From Truepera sp. (lineage in GTDB: Bacteria; Deinococcota; Deinococci; Deinococcales; Trueperaceae), in assembly GCA_965218435.1 (NCBI GenBank), contig CBDCKW010000009.1, positions 384,001-448,000 on the forward strand: a DNA stretch of 64,000 nucleotides. The letters are read 5' to 3'. Every line of letters starts with the position of its first letter. Position 1 is the first letter of the stretch. A model generated the notes under the pieces. It saw only the letters and a program-made list of their open reading frames with translations, was not told where the DNA came from and searched no databases. Shown piece after piece: positions 9,921 to 18,967 of the stretch. The translations under genes were made by a program, and so were the position numbers.

Positions 9921-10896
9921 GCGTGTTTAGCGCAGTGACCGTCCGCGCCAAGCCTTCTTGCCAACTGACCTCAGGGCAATACCCGAGTTCGTGGGCTGCG
10001 GCGGCAGTTGAAAAATGCACGTCGCGGCGCATCAGTGCGCCCCGGTAACGGGTCAGCGGGGGTTCCCGCGAGCCTGCCAGTGCGTACGTCCGCTCGAGCG
10101 CCTCGCCCAAAGGTTCGGTCAGTGACCCCGGCAAGCTGAGACGCGGCGCAGGGGCGTGCAACAGGGCGGCAAGCTCAGAAAACACAGCTTTCCAAGTCGG
10201 CGCACCCGCATCTGCCAGGACATACGTTCGGCCTGCAGCCTGCGGCACCGTCCCGGCCAACCACAACCCGGCAACTAAGTTTTCACTGTACGCGGTGTTG
10301 AGAACGGCTTTGCCGCCGCCCACCAGCGGAAATGTCCCCTGTTTAAGTGCCTGGGCGACGCGCACGAAGTTGGGGTCGCGGGGGCCGAAGGGCCACAGTC
10401 CAGGGCGGACGATGACAGTCTCGAGCCCCGCCCTCTTTAAGACATCTTCAGCTGCAACTTTCGAGTGCGCATAGGCGTTGATCATCCCGTCCCTGGGTTG
10501 TACACGTGGGTCGGCGTCCCGAAAGCCGCTGTAGCGGTGAACGGCGACGCTCGAGACCAACACCAACCTTTTGACGCCGGCGCGTTCCGCCTCGCGTAAA
10601 AGGTTTTCGGTTCCCTTTACATTAGCCTGCCAGAACGCTTTTTCAGGGCCGTAATCGGCGACTCTGGCGGCTGCATGATAGACCAGCTCGACGCCGTCAC
10701 AAACGCCTACCAAACTCTCCGGTTGGGTGATGTCGGCGCGGACGAGCTCGAGCCTGGGCCTACCCAATACACCTGCTAGATTATCCAACTGCCCCCAAGG
10801 GCTGACCAGCGCCCGTACCGACGCGCCCTCAGCGAGCACCTTGTCAACCAAGTGACTGCCGATAAACCCGTGTGCGCCGGTGACGAGGACTTTCAC
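9913..10896 (-). CDS. NAD-dependent epimerase/dehydratase (extended SDR); candidate sphingolipid/ceramide reductase
   Basis: 'VTGAHGFIG' Rossmann motif, 'YAHSK' YxxxK; reductase role inferred from operon context. Confidence 0.85.
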   Translation of the reverse strand: MKVLVTGAHGFIGSHLVDKVLAEGASVRALVSPWGQLDNLAGVLGRPRLELVRADITQPESLVGVCDGVELVYHAAARVADYGPEKAFWQANVKGTENLLREAERAGVKRLVLVSSVAVHRYSGFRDADPRVQPRDGMINAYAHSKVAAEDVLKRAGLETVIVRPGLWPFGPRDPNFVRVAQALKQGTFPLVGGGKAVLNTAYSENLVAGLWLAGTVPQAAGRTYVLADAGAPTWKAVFSELAALLHAPAPRLSLPGSLTEPLGEALERTYALAGSREPPLTRYRGALMRRDVHFSTAAAAHELGYCPEVSWQEGLARTVTALNTRD

Positions 10897-10951
10897 ACGG
10901 TTCCCTTCATGCTGCTATCTTCACCCGGTTACCCAAATCACCACCAACCGA

Positions 10952-11629
10952 TTACCACAGCAGCCCTTGACGCCCCAAAACTGCTGCGTCCGTGACCAAG
11001 CCGATCGTGAGATGCAGCAACACGGGCCAAACTAGTGACCGTGTACGCAGCGCCAAAACTGCAAATAAAAATCCGGCGGGAAACGCCGCCAGCGTTTCGG
11101 TCAGGGGTTTGCCGACGTGAATCAGCGTTGACAGCAACACTTGTGTCCACACCGCCGCAGAAAGGCCCCACGAATCTTTAAGCGTAAAGAGTAAAAAACC
11201 TCGGTAAAAAAACTCGAACGAGATGTAGTAGAGCGCGTACAGTCCGGCCCACGCTGCAAAGTGCCAAGGCGAGAGTCCCGGCCACGACCCGGCCCACGGA
11301 TACGTCCCCTGTAACCCCGTATCACCGCTACCCAGATAGATAACGCCTGCCAGGATGAGACCGAGCCCGACGGTAAGTGGGAGGCCGAGCTGCCAGCGTC
11401 CCCAGCTTGTCGGGATACGCGCCAAGTCGCCACGCCAGAAGAGCAGAGCTGCCGGGATGATGAGTAGAAAGAGCAGCGCCCAACCGATATTGGTAACGGC
11501 TGCCGGTAACGTTCTAGGTGCGCCTCCCAGCGTCGGCCCCGGGCTGCCGAGATACCAGTAGCCGATCTGTACGAGCACGGCGGCGCTCAGATAGAGCTCG
11601 AGCCTTCTACGTTCGAGAAAAGCCGACAC
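10952..11629 (-). CDS. CPBP (CAAX/Abi) family intramembrane metalloprotease
   Basis: 'EFFYRGF', 'HVGKP..E', 'RTRSLVWPVLLH'; GTG 11629 lies just after the upstream stop. Confidence 0.85.
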   Translation of the reverse strand: MSAFLERRRLELYLSAAVLVQIGYWYLGSPGPTLGGAPRTLPAAVTNIGWALLFLLIIPAALLFWRGDLARIPTSWGRWQLGLPLTVGLGLILAGVIYLGSGDTGLQGTYPWAGSWPGLSPWHFAAWAGLYALYYISFEFFYRGFLLFTLKDSWGLSAAVWTQVLLSTLIHVGKPLTETLAAFPAGFLFAVLALRTRSLVWPVLLHLTIGLVTDAAVLGRQGLLW

Positions 11630-11633
11630 CGTA

Positions 11634-12770
11634 TTACAGCGACTTTTGAAACAAACGGTAGGTTTTGTAAAGCGTCGCGCCCGTCGCGGCAATCCCCTTA
11701 TTGATGCCGTCGTTGTCTTCTAAAATCCACGAGCACTCGCCGCGCAGATAGCCTTTGGCCTTGGTACGCTGGATCACCTCATCGATTAAGACGAGCTCGA
11801 GCCCCTTGTTGCGGTGCTCCGGGACCACGCCTAAGATCGGCAGCCGCGCCTGCTTGATCAGACGTTTGCGGTTTAGGTAGTGGATAAAGCCAAAGGGTAG
11901 CAGCCGCCCGTTCATCTTCTTAAAAACCTGATTGGCGTCGGGCAGCGTCAAGGCTAAACCGGCCACCTGACCGCCCAGCTCCAAAAAAAAGACGATTTCA
12001 GGGTCAATAATCAGCTTGAGCTCAGCGGCGAGGTGGTCAAATTCGGCTTCGGTATAGCGGACAAAACCCCAGTTGTGTTCCCAGACCTCATTATAAAAAT
12101 GTTTGAGCACGCCGAGTTCGGCCTCAAAGTTGTTTTTAAGGTCAGGTGTGCGAATACGCAGCGGGTAACGTTTTCTAGCCCGTTCCGCGAGGCGGTGCAG
12201 CCGCGAAAAGTCGCTCTCGTAGTGGTCAAACAACCACGCATAGAGGTCCTTGACTTTGATGTAGCCGGCAGCTTCGGCGTAGTGCGGGTAGGCGGGTAAG
12301 CTCGCAGGCATCATCACATACGGATCGGTGTCGAACGCGTTTAGCTGAAAGCCCGAGCCGTCGTTCATCGACGGGTTGACGGGGCCGCGAACGGCGCTTC
12401 GGCCCCTCGCTTTAGCCCAGGTTTCGACCGTCTCGAACAGTGCTTGGGCGGCCGCTTCGTCTTCGGCTTCAAAAAAACCAAAAAAGGCCAGATTGTCGTG
12501 ATGCGTGGCGTTGTGGTTGTGGTCGTCAACCGCGGCCACACGCCCGACCACCCGTCCCGAACGCTCCGCCAAAAAGAGCTCGACGACCGCGTGCTGATAA
12601 AAAGGATTTTTCTTCGGGTCAAACCGCTCGTGCTCTGACATACGCAGGGGCGGCACCCAGTGCGGGTCGTTCTTATAGAGCTCGTAGGGGTAGCCGATAA
12701 ATCTGTCCAGCTCACGTTTTCCCGACACCTGCCGAATCTGCACGGCGGGCGTTGTCAAGGTGCTCGTCAC
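11634..12770 (-). CDS. Tandem GNAT-fold N-acyltransferase, bacterial ceramide synthase (bCerS)-like
   Basis: 'FIGYPYELYKNDPHWVPPL', 'FGFFE', 'RGPVNPSMN', 'WEHNWGF', 'ECSWILEDN', 'YKTYR' resemble the bCerS/YghO family; directly downstream of an SPT-like gene. Confidence 0.75.
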   Translation of the reverse strand: MTSTLTTPAVQIRQVSGKRELDRFIGYPYELYKNDPHWVPPLRMSEHERFDPKKNPFYQHAVVELFLAERSGRVVGRVAAVDDHNHNATHHDNLAFFGFFEAEDEAAAQALFETVETWAKARGRSAVRGPVNPSMNDGSGFQLNAFDTDPYVMMPASLPAYPHYAEAAGYIKVKDLYAWLFDHYESDFSRLHRLAERARKRYPLRIRTPDLKNNFEAELGVLKHFYNEVWEHNWGFVRYTEAEFDHLAAELKLIIDPEIVFFLELGGQVAGLALTLPDANQVFKKMNGRLLPFGFIHYLNRKRLIKQARLPILGVVPEHRNKGLELVLIDEVIQRTKAKGYLRGECSWILEDNDGINKGIAATGATLYKTYRLFQKSL

Positions 12771-12773
12771 GTT

Positions 12774-14072
12774 TTAGATAACCCCGAGCGAACGCCCAAT
12801 ACGGCCGAACGAGCTGAGCAGCCGGTCTAACTGCTCCGGCGTATGGTTCGCGTTGACGCTGGTGCGAATGATGCTCTGACCGACCGGCACACCCGGGGGC
12901 AAGGCCGGGGTGGTGAACACGCCGTCGTCCCACAGCCCTTTCCAAAAGGCCATCGCCAGGTCGTCGTCCCCGACTAACACCGGAACAATCGGCGTTTGGG
13001 AACCCAACGTGTCGAAGCCGAGCGCGTCCATCCCGTTTCGTAAGTGGGCGACGTTACGCCACAGTTTTTCGCGGTGCCCTGGTTCGGCGTCCATAATTTC
13101 CAACGCTTCTAACGCGGCGGCCATCTGCATGGCCGGGAGCGCCGCCGTAAAGATAAAGGGGCGCGCTTTATGCTTGATGTAATTGACCACTTCGCGTGGC
13201 CCACTGACAAACCCGCCGACCGAGGCGAACGATTTAGAAAAGGTGCCTAAAATCAGGTCAACCTCGCCCTCTAACCCGTAGTGCTCGGCGGTGCCGCGCC
13301 CGCTTCTACCCAACACGCCGGTCGCGTGCGCGTCGTCTACGACGACCCGCGCCCCGTAACGCTTGGCCAAGGTGACGATTTCCGGCAGCTTGGCGATATG
13401 CCCGGTCATCGAAAAAACGCCGTCGGTCACAATCATGCGGCCACCGGGCTTATCGGCGTCGCGTTGCAGCAAGGTCTCGAGTTCAGCTAAATTATGGTGT
13501 TCATATTTGCGCAGCGTCCCGTAAGAGAGCCGCGCCCCGTCGTATAAACAGGCGTGGTTTTCACGGTCGAAGTAAAAAATATCGTGGCGTCCGGCAATCG
13601 CACTTAACACAGCCAGCGACCCTAAAAATCCGGCGCTAAAGGTCAGCGCGGACTCGGCGCGTAAAAATTCAGCTAAGCGGCGCTCGAGGGCCTCGTGCAG
13701 AGTCAGCGTCCCGGTCAAAAAGCGCGACCCGGTACACGACGTGCCGAAATTGTCTAACGCCCGCCGCGACGCCGTTTTAAGACGCGTATCTTGCGTTAAG
13801 CCCAAATAATCGTTTGAACCCGTGATAATCATCTCGCGCCCGTCTACGACCACCGTACCGCCGCGCTGCTCGGCAATCGGCTTGAAGTAGGGGTGCATCC
13901 CGGCGGCCACGGCTTCGTCGGCGCGGGTAAAGCTGTAGGCTTTGCTAAAAATATCACCCGGCCGCGTCGCAAGGTGAGCCGTATCAGGTTTGGGCGGCCC
14001 GGCCTGAGGGGGCGCTTCTGAAACTTCCGGGCTGATCGTCTTAGTAACGGTATCAACTGCTGTGTCTGACAA
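12774..14072 (-). CDS. spt: Alpha-oxoamine synthase, serine palmitoyltransferase-like
   Basis: 'HPYFKPI', 'GSNDYLGL', 'GTSCTGSRFLTGT', 'DDAH', PLP lysine in 'GTFSKSFASVGG'; TTG 14072 preceded by GGAGG. Confidence 0.75.
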   Translation of the reverse strand: MSDTAVDTVTKTISPEVSEAPPQAGPPKPDTAHLATRPGDIFSKAYSFTRADEAVAAGMHPYFKPIAEQRGGTVVVDGREMIITGSNDYLGLTQDTRLKTASRRALDNFGTSCTGSRFLTGTLTLHEALERRLAEFLRAESALTFSAGFLGSLAVLSAIAGRHDIFYFDRENHACLYDGARLSYGTLRKYEHHNLAELETLLQRDADKPGGRMIVTDGVFSMTGHIAKLPEIVTLAKRYGARVVVDDAHATGVLGRSGRGTAEHYGLEGEVDLILGTFSKSFASVGGFVSGPREVVNYIKHKARPFIFTAALPAMQMAAALEALEIMDAEPGHREKLWRNVAHLRNGMDALGFDTLGSQTPIVPVLVGDDDLAMAFWKGLWDDGVFTTPALPPGVPVGQSIIRTSVNANHTPEQLDRLLSSFGRIGRSLGVI

Positions 14073-14616
14073 AAGATTCCTCCAGAGCGTCGGTGCCAAG
14101 AAACTGCAAGAGAACCCGTGCTCGAGACTTTGCGCTCGGGGGTTTGCCCTCGAGACTTTGCGGTCAAGACTGCCAGCTGTCAAGACTCTTAAAGTCCGGT
14201 CGCGGCGCTCTCAGTAGCGTCTATCTCTGCACCTCAGCCGGTATGTACTTGCTACTTTTATGTTGCTACCGCAGGCGAGGCGTTAAAACTGGCGGTCGGG
14301 CGAGGAGCCTGTGCCAGCCGTGTAACTTGCACATCGTACCCTAAAGCCCTACCAAACGCCAAGGTAGCTGCTTACATGGTGACGAGCGGGCGCAGCGTCA
14401 CTAATTCCTGACGCTCAACTGACTGAAACCCGCACCGCGCCGGACCAGGCCGAACTGTGCGCTGGCGTACAAGCAAGCTGCAAAAAGTAGCGGGGTGCAG
14501 TGCTAAACTGAGCTCGTGAACGGTTTTTTGCGCTTTGAACAGCTATGCAATTTTGCAGATATTTCATGCAGGTTTATTTTGCCCAGGTTTTCAGCTAACC
14601 TCATTTTGCCTACGCT

Positions 14617-15354
14617 GTGAGTAGCGTGTCAAGGTCTGCTGCTGCGCTTCCGGGTGTCGGTGTACGCGCCACGGTGGTTCAGTTTCCCGGTTCAAATTGC
14701 GACGAAGACACCGTATTTGCGCTTCAGTCACTTGGGGCTGAGGTGACGCGGGTGTGGCACACTAGTGCGCTGGGCGACGCCGACCTGGTAGTGCTTCCCG
14801 GCGGTTTTTCGTATGGCGACTACCTCCGGAGCGGGGCGATGGCCGCTCTGAGCCCGGTCATAAACGACGTTAAACGTTTTGCCGCGCGGGGCGGCCTGGT
14901 ACTGGGTATCTGTAACGGCTTTCAGCTCTTGACCGAAGCGCGGCTCTTACCGGGGGCGCTCGTCCGCAACACCGGCCTGCACTTTGTCTGTGAACGGGTT
15001 TATGTTCGCGCCGACGGTGACTCGAGCTTTACCTCGGCGTGTCAACCCGGTGAGGTTTTAGCACTACCGGTAGCTCACGGCGAAGGGCGTTTTATTGCGG
15101 ATGAAGCGGTGTTAGAGCGGCTCGAGCATGAAAACCGCGTTGTCTTTCGCTACTGCACCCCTGACGGCGAAGTGACAAGTACAGCCAATCCGAACGGCAG
15201 TTTGAACCATATCGCCGGAATCGTGAATGAACGTGGCAACGTCTGCGGGTTGATGCCGCACCCCGAACGGGCAGTTGACCCGCTTTTAGGGGGCACCGAC
15301 GGGCGAAAGGTCTTTGAATCGGTGTTTAGGGCGCTGGTGGAGGCTGGGGGGTAA
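14617..15354 (+). CDS. purQ: Phosphoribosylformylglycinamidine synthase glutaminase subunit
   Basis: 'FPGSNCD', 'PGGFSYGDYLRSGA', 'GICNGFQ', 'NPNGS', 'MPHPER'. Confidence 0.97.
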   Translation: MSSVSRSAAALPGVGVRATVVQFPGSNCDEDTVFALQSLGAEVTRVWHTSALGDADLVVLPGGFSYGDYLRSGAMAALSPVINDVKRFAARGGLVLGICNGFQLLTEARLLPGALVRNTGLHFVCERVYVRADGDSSFTSACQPGEVLALPVAHGEGRFIADEAVLERLEHENRVVFRYCTPDGEVTSTANPNGSLNHIAGIVNERGNVCGLMPHPERAVDPLLGGTDGRKVFESVFRALVEAGG

Positions 15355-15623
15355 ACAGTGCGGAACTCGGTAGTTTAGCGCCACTCTGCTGCGCAAGAGA
15401 AACTGAGTTGATGCGAACCAGTCCCTGATATATCCAAATATCCCTAAACCACCGAGCACTTATTTCCGAGTAGGCAAAAGCTGCCTGCGTAACAAACTCG
15501 TTAGGAAGTTTCGCAAACCGGTCGCAACTTACCCGCAAGCGACTCTGCTTAAACTTTGCTGGGGGCGTCCGGGGTCAGTGGGGTGACTTGAACAGCTCGG
15601 AGCTGCGAGAAGAGGGGAGCACC

Positions 15624-16571
15624 GTGTTTTGGGAACGTTTGGTTGAGACCGCCGAACAACATTTTGCCTGGAAGGTCCGGCAGCGCAAGCGCCAAGACCG
15701 AAATCCTCTGTTGGTCACTTTTCAGGACAAATACGAAGCCAAACTTTATGCGCTCGAGCGGGGTATAAAGAGTGCTGAACTGCTCTGGGTAACAGACGAA
15801 GCGGCAACCCTACCTTTCAAGAAACTCCCGTCAGACTACTTTATCAAAGCGACGCACGGTCAAAACTGGAACATCCGCTGTGCTAAGTCGCAGCTTTACC
15901 TTTACCGTAACGGTGCGAACCTGGTCAAACCGCCCAGCGCCCACGAGACCCATGCGCCCCTGCTCCCTACTTCCAGGCCCCCTATACCCAAGCTGAGCAA
16001 GCAGGCATGTATAGCGTTGTGTCACGACTGGTTGAGTCGTTCTTACTCGGCGTCAGAGTGGGCTTATACCAAGATCAAACCGCGCCTCATCGTCGAAGCG
16101 CCACTGATTCAGCGCGAAGGCGAGCAACTTTTTGACTACCGGTTTTACACGTTTGGCGGCAAGGTTAGAGCTATCAGTCTAGGTTCGCCCCTTTACCGCA
16201 AGGGCAAGTTGAACGTCTTTTTTACGCCTGCGTGGAACGTGATCAAACTCAGCCGTTACGCAGAAGCGCTGCCCTCGCCTGTACCGGATAAACCGGATAC
16301 ACTTGGGGAGATGATCGTTACAGCTGAACTACTCGGAAAGAACATAGATTTTGTGCGTGTTGACCTTTATGACACGTCTCAGGGCGTCATGTTGGGAGAA
16401 CTTACCGTCTATCCCCACGCCGGACTTGTCGGTACACCTACAGGTTGCCGCACGTTTAATCGTTGGCTGGGACAGCAGTGGACACCTACGGTTGCAAGCC
16501 GCTGCTTAAGTTATGACCGTGTACCAGGATGTCTCCTAAGAAAAGCCGTCTCTATCCCTGATCTTCTTTGA
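15624..16571 (+). CDS. TupA-like ATP-grasp protein
   Basis: 'DKYEAK', 'IKATHG', 'IKPRLIVE', 'DYRFYTFGG', 'FVRVDLY', 'GELTVYP'; GTG 15624 follows a purine-rich SD (ORF open from 15588). Confidence 0.8.
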   Translation: MFWERLVETAEQHFAWKVRQRKRQDRNPLLVTFQDKYEAKLYALERGIKSAELLWVTDEAATLPFKKLPSDYFIKATHGQNWNIRCAKSQLYLYRNGANLVKPPSAHETHAPLLPTSRPPIPKLSKQACIALCHDWLSRSYSASEWAYTKIKPRLIVEAPLIQREGEQLFDYRFYTFGGKVRAISLGSPLYRKGKLNVFFTPAWNVIKLSRYAEALPSPVPDKPDTLGEMIVTAELLGKNIDFVRVDLYDTSQGVMLGELTVYPHAGLVGTPTGCRTFNRWLGQQWTPTVASRCLSYDRVPGCLLRKAVSIPDLL

Positions 16572-16764
16572 GTTTGTTTACAAAGCTGGAGCCAGCGGCA
16601 AAGCCCTTTGGCCTCGCCCGTCGAAGTCTTAGCTCCCTGAAACACAGCTAGAGCTGAAAAAATACCGCATAGCGGTGTCGGACTTTTACAGTTGCTACAT
16701 TCACAATGAACTTATGAAGAGACGCACGTCACACGGCCTTCACTTTTTCTCAGTACGATAAAGT

Positions 16765-18045
16765 GTGATAATTCGCCTGCTAACCTGCCTCCTGATAACG
16801 CTACTGACGAGCTGCACCCTACCCGGTGTAAGGTCGCAAGCCGTTTCCCGCGTAAGTCCGCCGCTTAAGCCAGTAGGGACGTACAGTTTAAGGGGTGATC
16901 CGAACTTCGACCCCAACCAGCTTCCCGGTGAGATGAAACTCTGGCATACGCGCCTGTGGGACGGGATCAGATACGTCAATGACAGCGACAGCAGTTTTAA
17001 TCCGGAAGAGCTCGCGGCCAGCGGCGACTTGCCCGCCATAGGTAGAAAGTTTAACAACTACATTACGACGCTGATCACAGCTCTGCGCGTAACGAAAGAC
17101 CTGGCGCTACTTGACGAAATTGATCGCCTCATGGAAATAGCCCGGACGCAACTCGCAGATTACGACGGCGACGGTTTTAGGAACTGGCGTTATCTAGATG
17201 AAGATGGGGACGCGGAATACTACGGTAATGATTACTACACGATGGAAGAAATATTAGCGCATTCTGTTGTAGCCGCCGCTGCTGCGGCCCTTTATGAAAA
17301 CGCAGCGTTTAACGAGCGTTACCGCGAACACGCCATTTTTTGGGAAGACTACCTAAAAAACGATTTCGAGGCCAAGTGGCGCAAACGTAACGGCGTACCC
17401 TTCGGCTTTCCGTTTCTTGTCCGTAACCTCATGCACCCCTACGTCGAGTTTATCCGCTATCACCTCTATATGTACGACTTAACCGGCGACGCGGCTTACT
17501 ACAGCGAAGCCGAGCGGATGGCGCGCGAGGTAACGCAGCAGGTCAGAAAGGTTTATACCGCAGGTGGACCGGCCTACGTGTGGGATCAGCGGTTCTTGCC
17601 CGAAGCTGAAAGGAGCGACGCGGTAGGTTGCCAACCGTTTGCCTATCTGCGGCTTACTTTCCAGACGTTTCAAGATTTAGCGTTAGAAGGCTTTAGCATC
17701 TTTGACGACACCTTTATGCAGTACATAGCGACGGCGATGACCTCTCTCGTGATGAAAGACAGCTACCGTTCATTCGCCGGCGATATCTGTGGTGGTAGGT
17801 TTCAGGCCGGACTCCGGCCTTCCGGTAGAGACGACGGCATTACGTTTCACTTCGTCAACTATCCCTACGCAGTTGTCGGCAAATGGGACGCGACCGGCAA
17901 GCTCGAGCGCGCCGTCAGACGGGCTTATAACGAGGTTGACCTAGACGACAACTATTACACGATGGGCCGCGCCAACCTCTCCGCTGAGATGCTGTTTTTG
18001 CTGGCGAATAACCCTGACGGTAGGCGTGAAAGTGCTAAACGCTAA
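16765..18045 (+). CDS. Hypothetical lipoprotein, helix-rich, with a DxDxDG Ca-binding-like motif
   Basis: Lipobox 'LLTSC'; 'DYDGDG'; 426-aa uninterrupted ORF. Confidence 0.65.
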   Translation: MIIRLLTCLLITLLTSCTLPGVRSQAVSRVSPPLKPVGTYSLRGDPNFDPNQLPGEMKLWHTRLWDGIRYVNDSDSSFNPEELAASGDLPAIGRKFNNYITTLITALRVTKDLALLDEIDRLMEIARTQLADYDGDGFRNWRYLDEDGDAEYYGNDYYTMEEILAHSVVAAAAAALYENAAFNERYREHAIFWEDYLKNDFEAKWRKRNGVPFGFPFLVRNLMHPYVEFIRYHLYMYDLTGDAAYYSEAERMAREVTQQVRKVYTAGGPAYVWDQRFLPEAERSDAVGCQPFAYLRLTFQTFQDLALEGFSIFDDTFMQYIATAMTSLVMKDSYRSFAGDICGGRFQAGLRPSGRDDGITFHFVNYPYAVVGKWDATGKLERAVRRAYNEVDLDDNYYTMGRANLSAEMLFLLANNPDGRRESAKR

Positions 18046-18280
18046 GCAGTACACGTTAGACGTAGCGCCTCCTTTGTAGGTATTGTGGGTAAGTCTACCT
18101 ACACTACACCATTACACTCTGGGACTGAGCAGCTAGAGAACACAATAACCTTGCTTGCAAGTGGCGTTGCCGCACAAATTGGAATTAGTAGGTCTTAAAA
18201 TGCTTCGACTTCAAACAAGGTTACCCAAACTAGTCTCGACCGTAATACGAAATCTATAGACGCATCAAGTGTTCTAAATC

Positions 18281-18314
18281 AGGATTGAGCTGAGGGAAAC
18301 CTCAGCTCAATCCT
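18281..18314. terminator. Perfect 15-bp stem-loop with GAAA tetraloop (terminator-like)
   Basis: AGGATTGAGCTGAGG-GAAA-CCTCAGCTCAATCCT followed by TT. Confidence 0.55.
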
Positions 18315-18397
18315 TTGATAACAAAGAGCGCGGTTGTCTTTACTAAGCGGAGTATGGAAGGACTACAAAAATGTTTCTAACATTAGCAAACAAGGTA

Positions 18398-18426
18398 TTG
18401 ACTTCCATATGAAAAGATGATAATTT
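18398..18426 (+). promoter_or_regulatory. Sigma70-like promoter for the 18487-20137 lipoprotein pair
   Basis: TTGACT-N17-TAATTT, followed by AGGAG SD before ATG 18487. Confidence 0.5.
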
Positions 18427-18486
18427 CATTTCACCAACCAACTTCTATGCCGGTTGAGACCTCATCTCTAAAGTCAGGAGCAAAGT

Positions 18487-18951
18487 ATGCGTCCACATCG
18501 GCGCACTATTTTAGTCTTAGTTCTAACTGCTGTACTGATACCAAGTCTATCGAGCTGTAGCAAGCAGCCGCTCACAACTATTATGATTGTCGGCAATCAA
18601 AGCGCGGTGGGTTCACCGACTTGCGCAGACGGTTTACAAGCCACACTGTTCGACGCGAAAACGAAGGCCATTTTGATTGAAAGCCCGAAGGTTGAAGCAG
18701 GTCAGCAGTCTAACCAAACCGCTAAGCAGCCGATTCTTCCGGGAACTGAAGCCATTATAGAGGTAAATTGCTTTAACGGAGAGCAAACCGGTATTTTTGA
18801 AGGAAAAAGGGAGCTTTATCCACCTGGATCATACGCGAGCGCAATCACTATTGTAGTTGGCCCACAGGACAGTTCAGACAGTAACTGTTGGTCTAAACTT
18901 CCAAACATGACCCTTAAAAGTGTTGAGCCAACACCTTGTGTTGTAAGTTAA
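18487..18951 (+). CDS. Hypothetical Cys-containing lipoprotein
   Basis: AGGAG SD; signal peptide ending 'SLSSC'; four further Cys. Confidence 0.7.
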   Translation: MRPHRRTILVLVLTAVLIPSLSSCSKQPLTTIMIVGNQSAVGSPTCADGLQATLFDAKTKAILIESPKVEAGQQSNQTAKQPILPGTEAIIEVNCFNGEQTGIFEGKRELYPPGSYASAITIVVGPQDSSDSNCWSKLPNMTLKSVEPTPCVVS

Positions 18952-18967
18952 TTTCCAGGAGAACAGC

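Noticed and set aside
14184..14616. Purine/ZTP riboswitch upstream of purQ
   Set aside because: Only a short AGCGTCA/TGACGCT hairpin is visible; I could not match a riboswitch consensus by eye.
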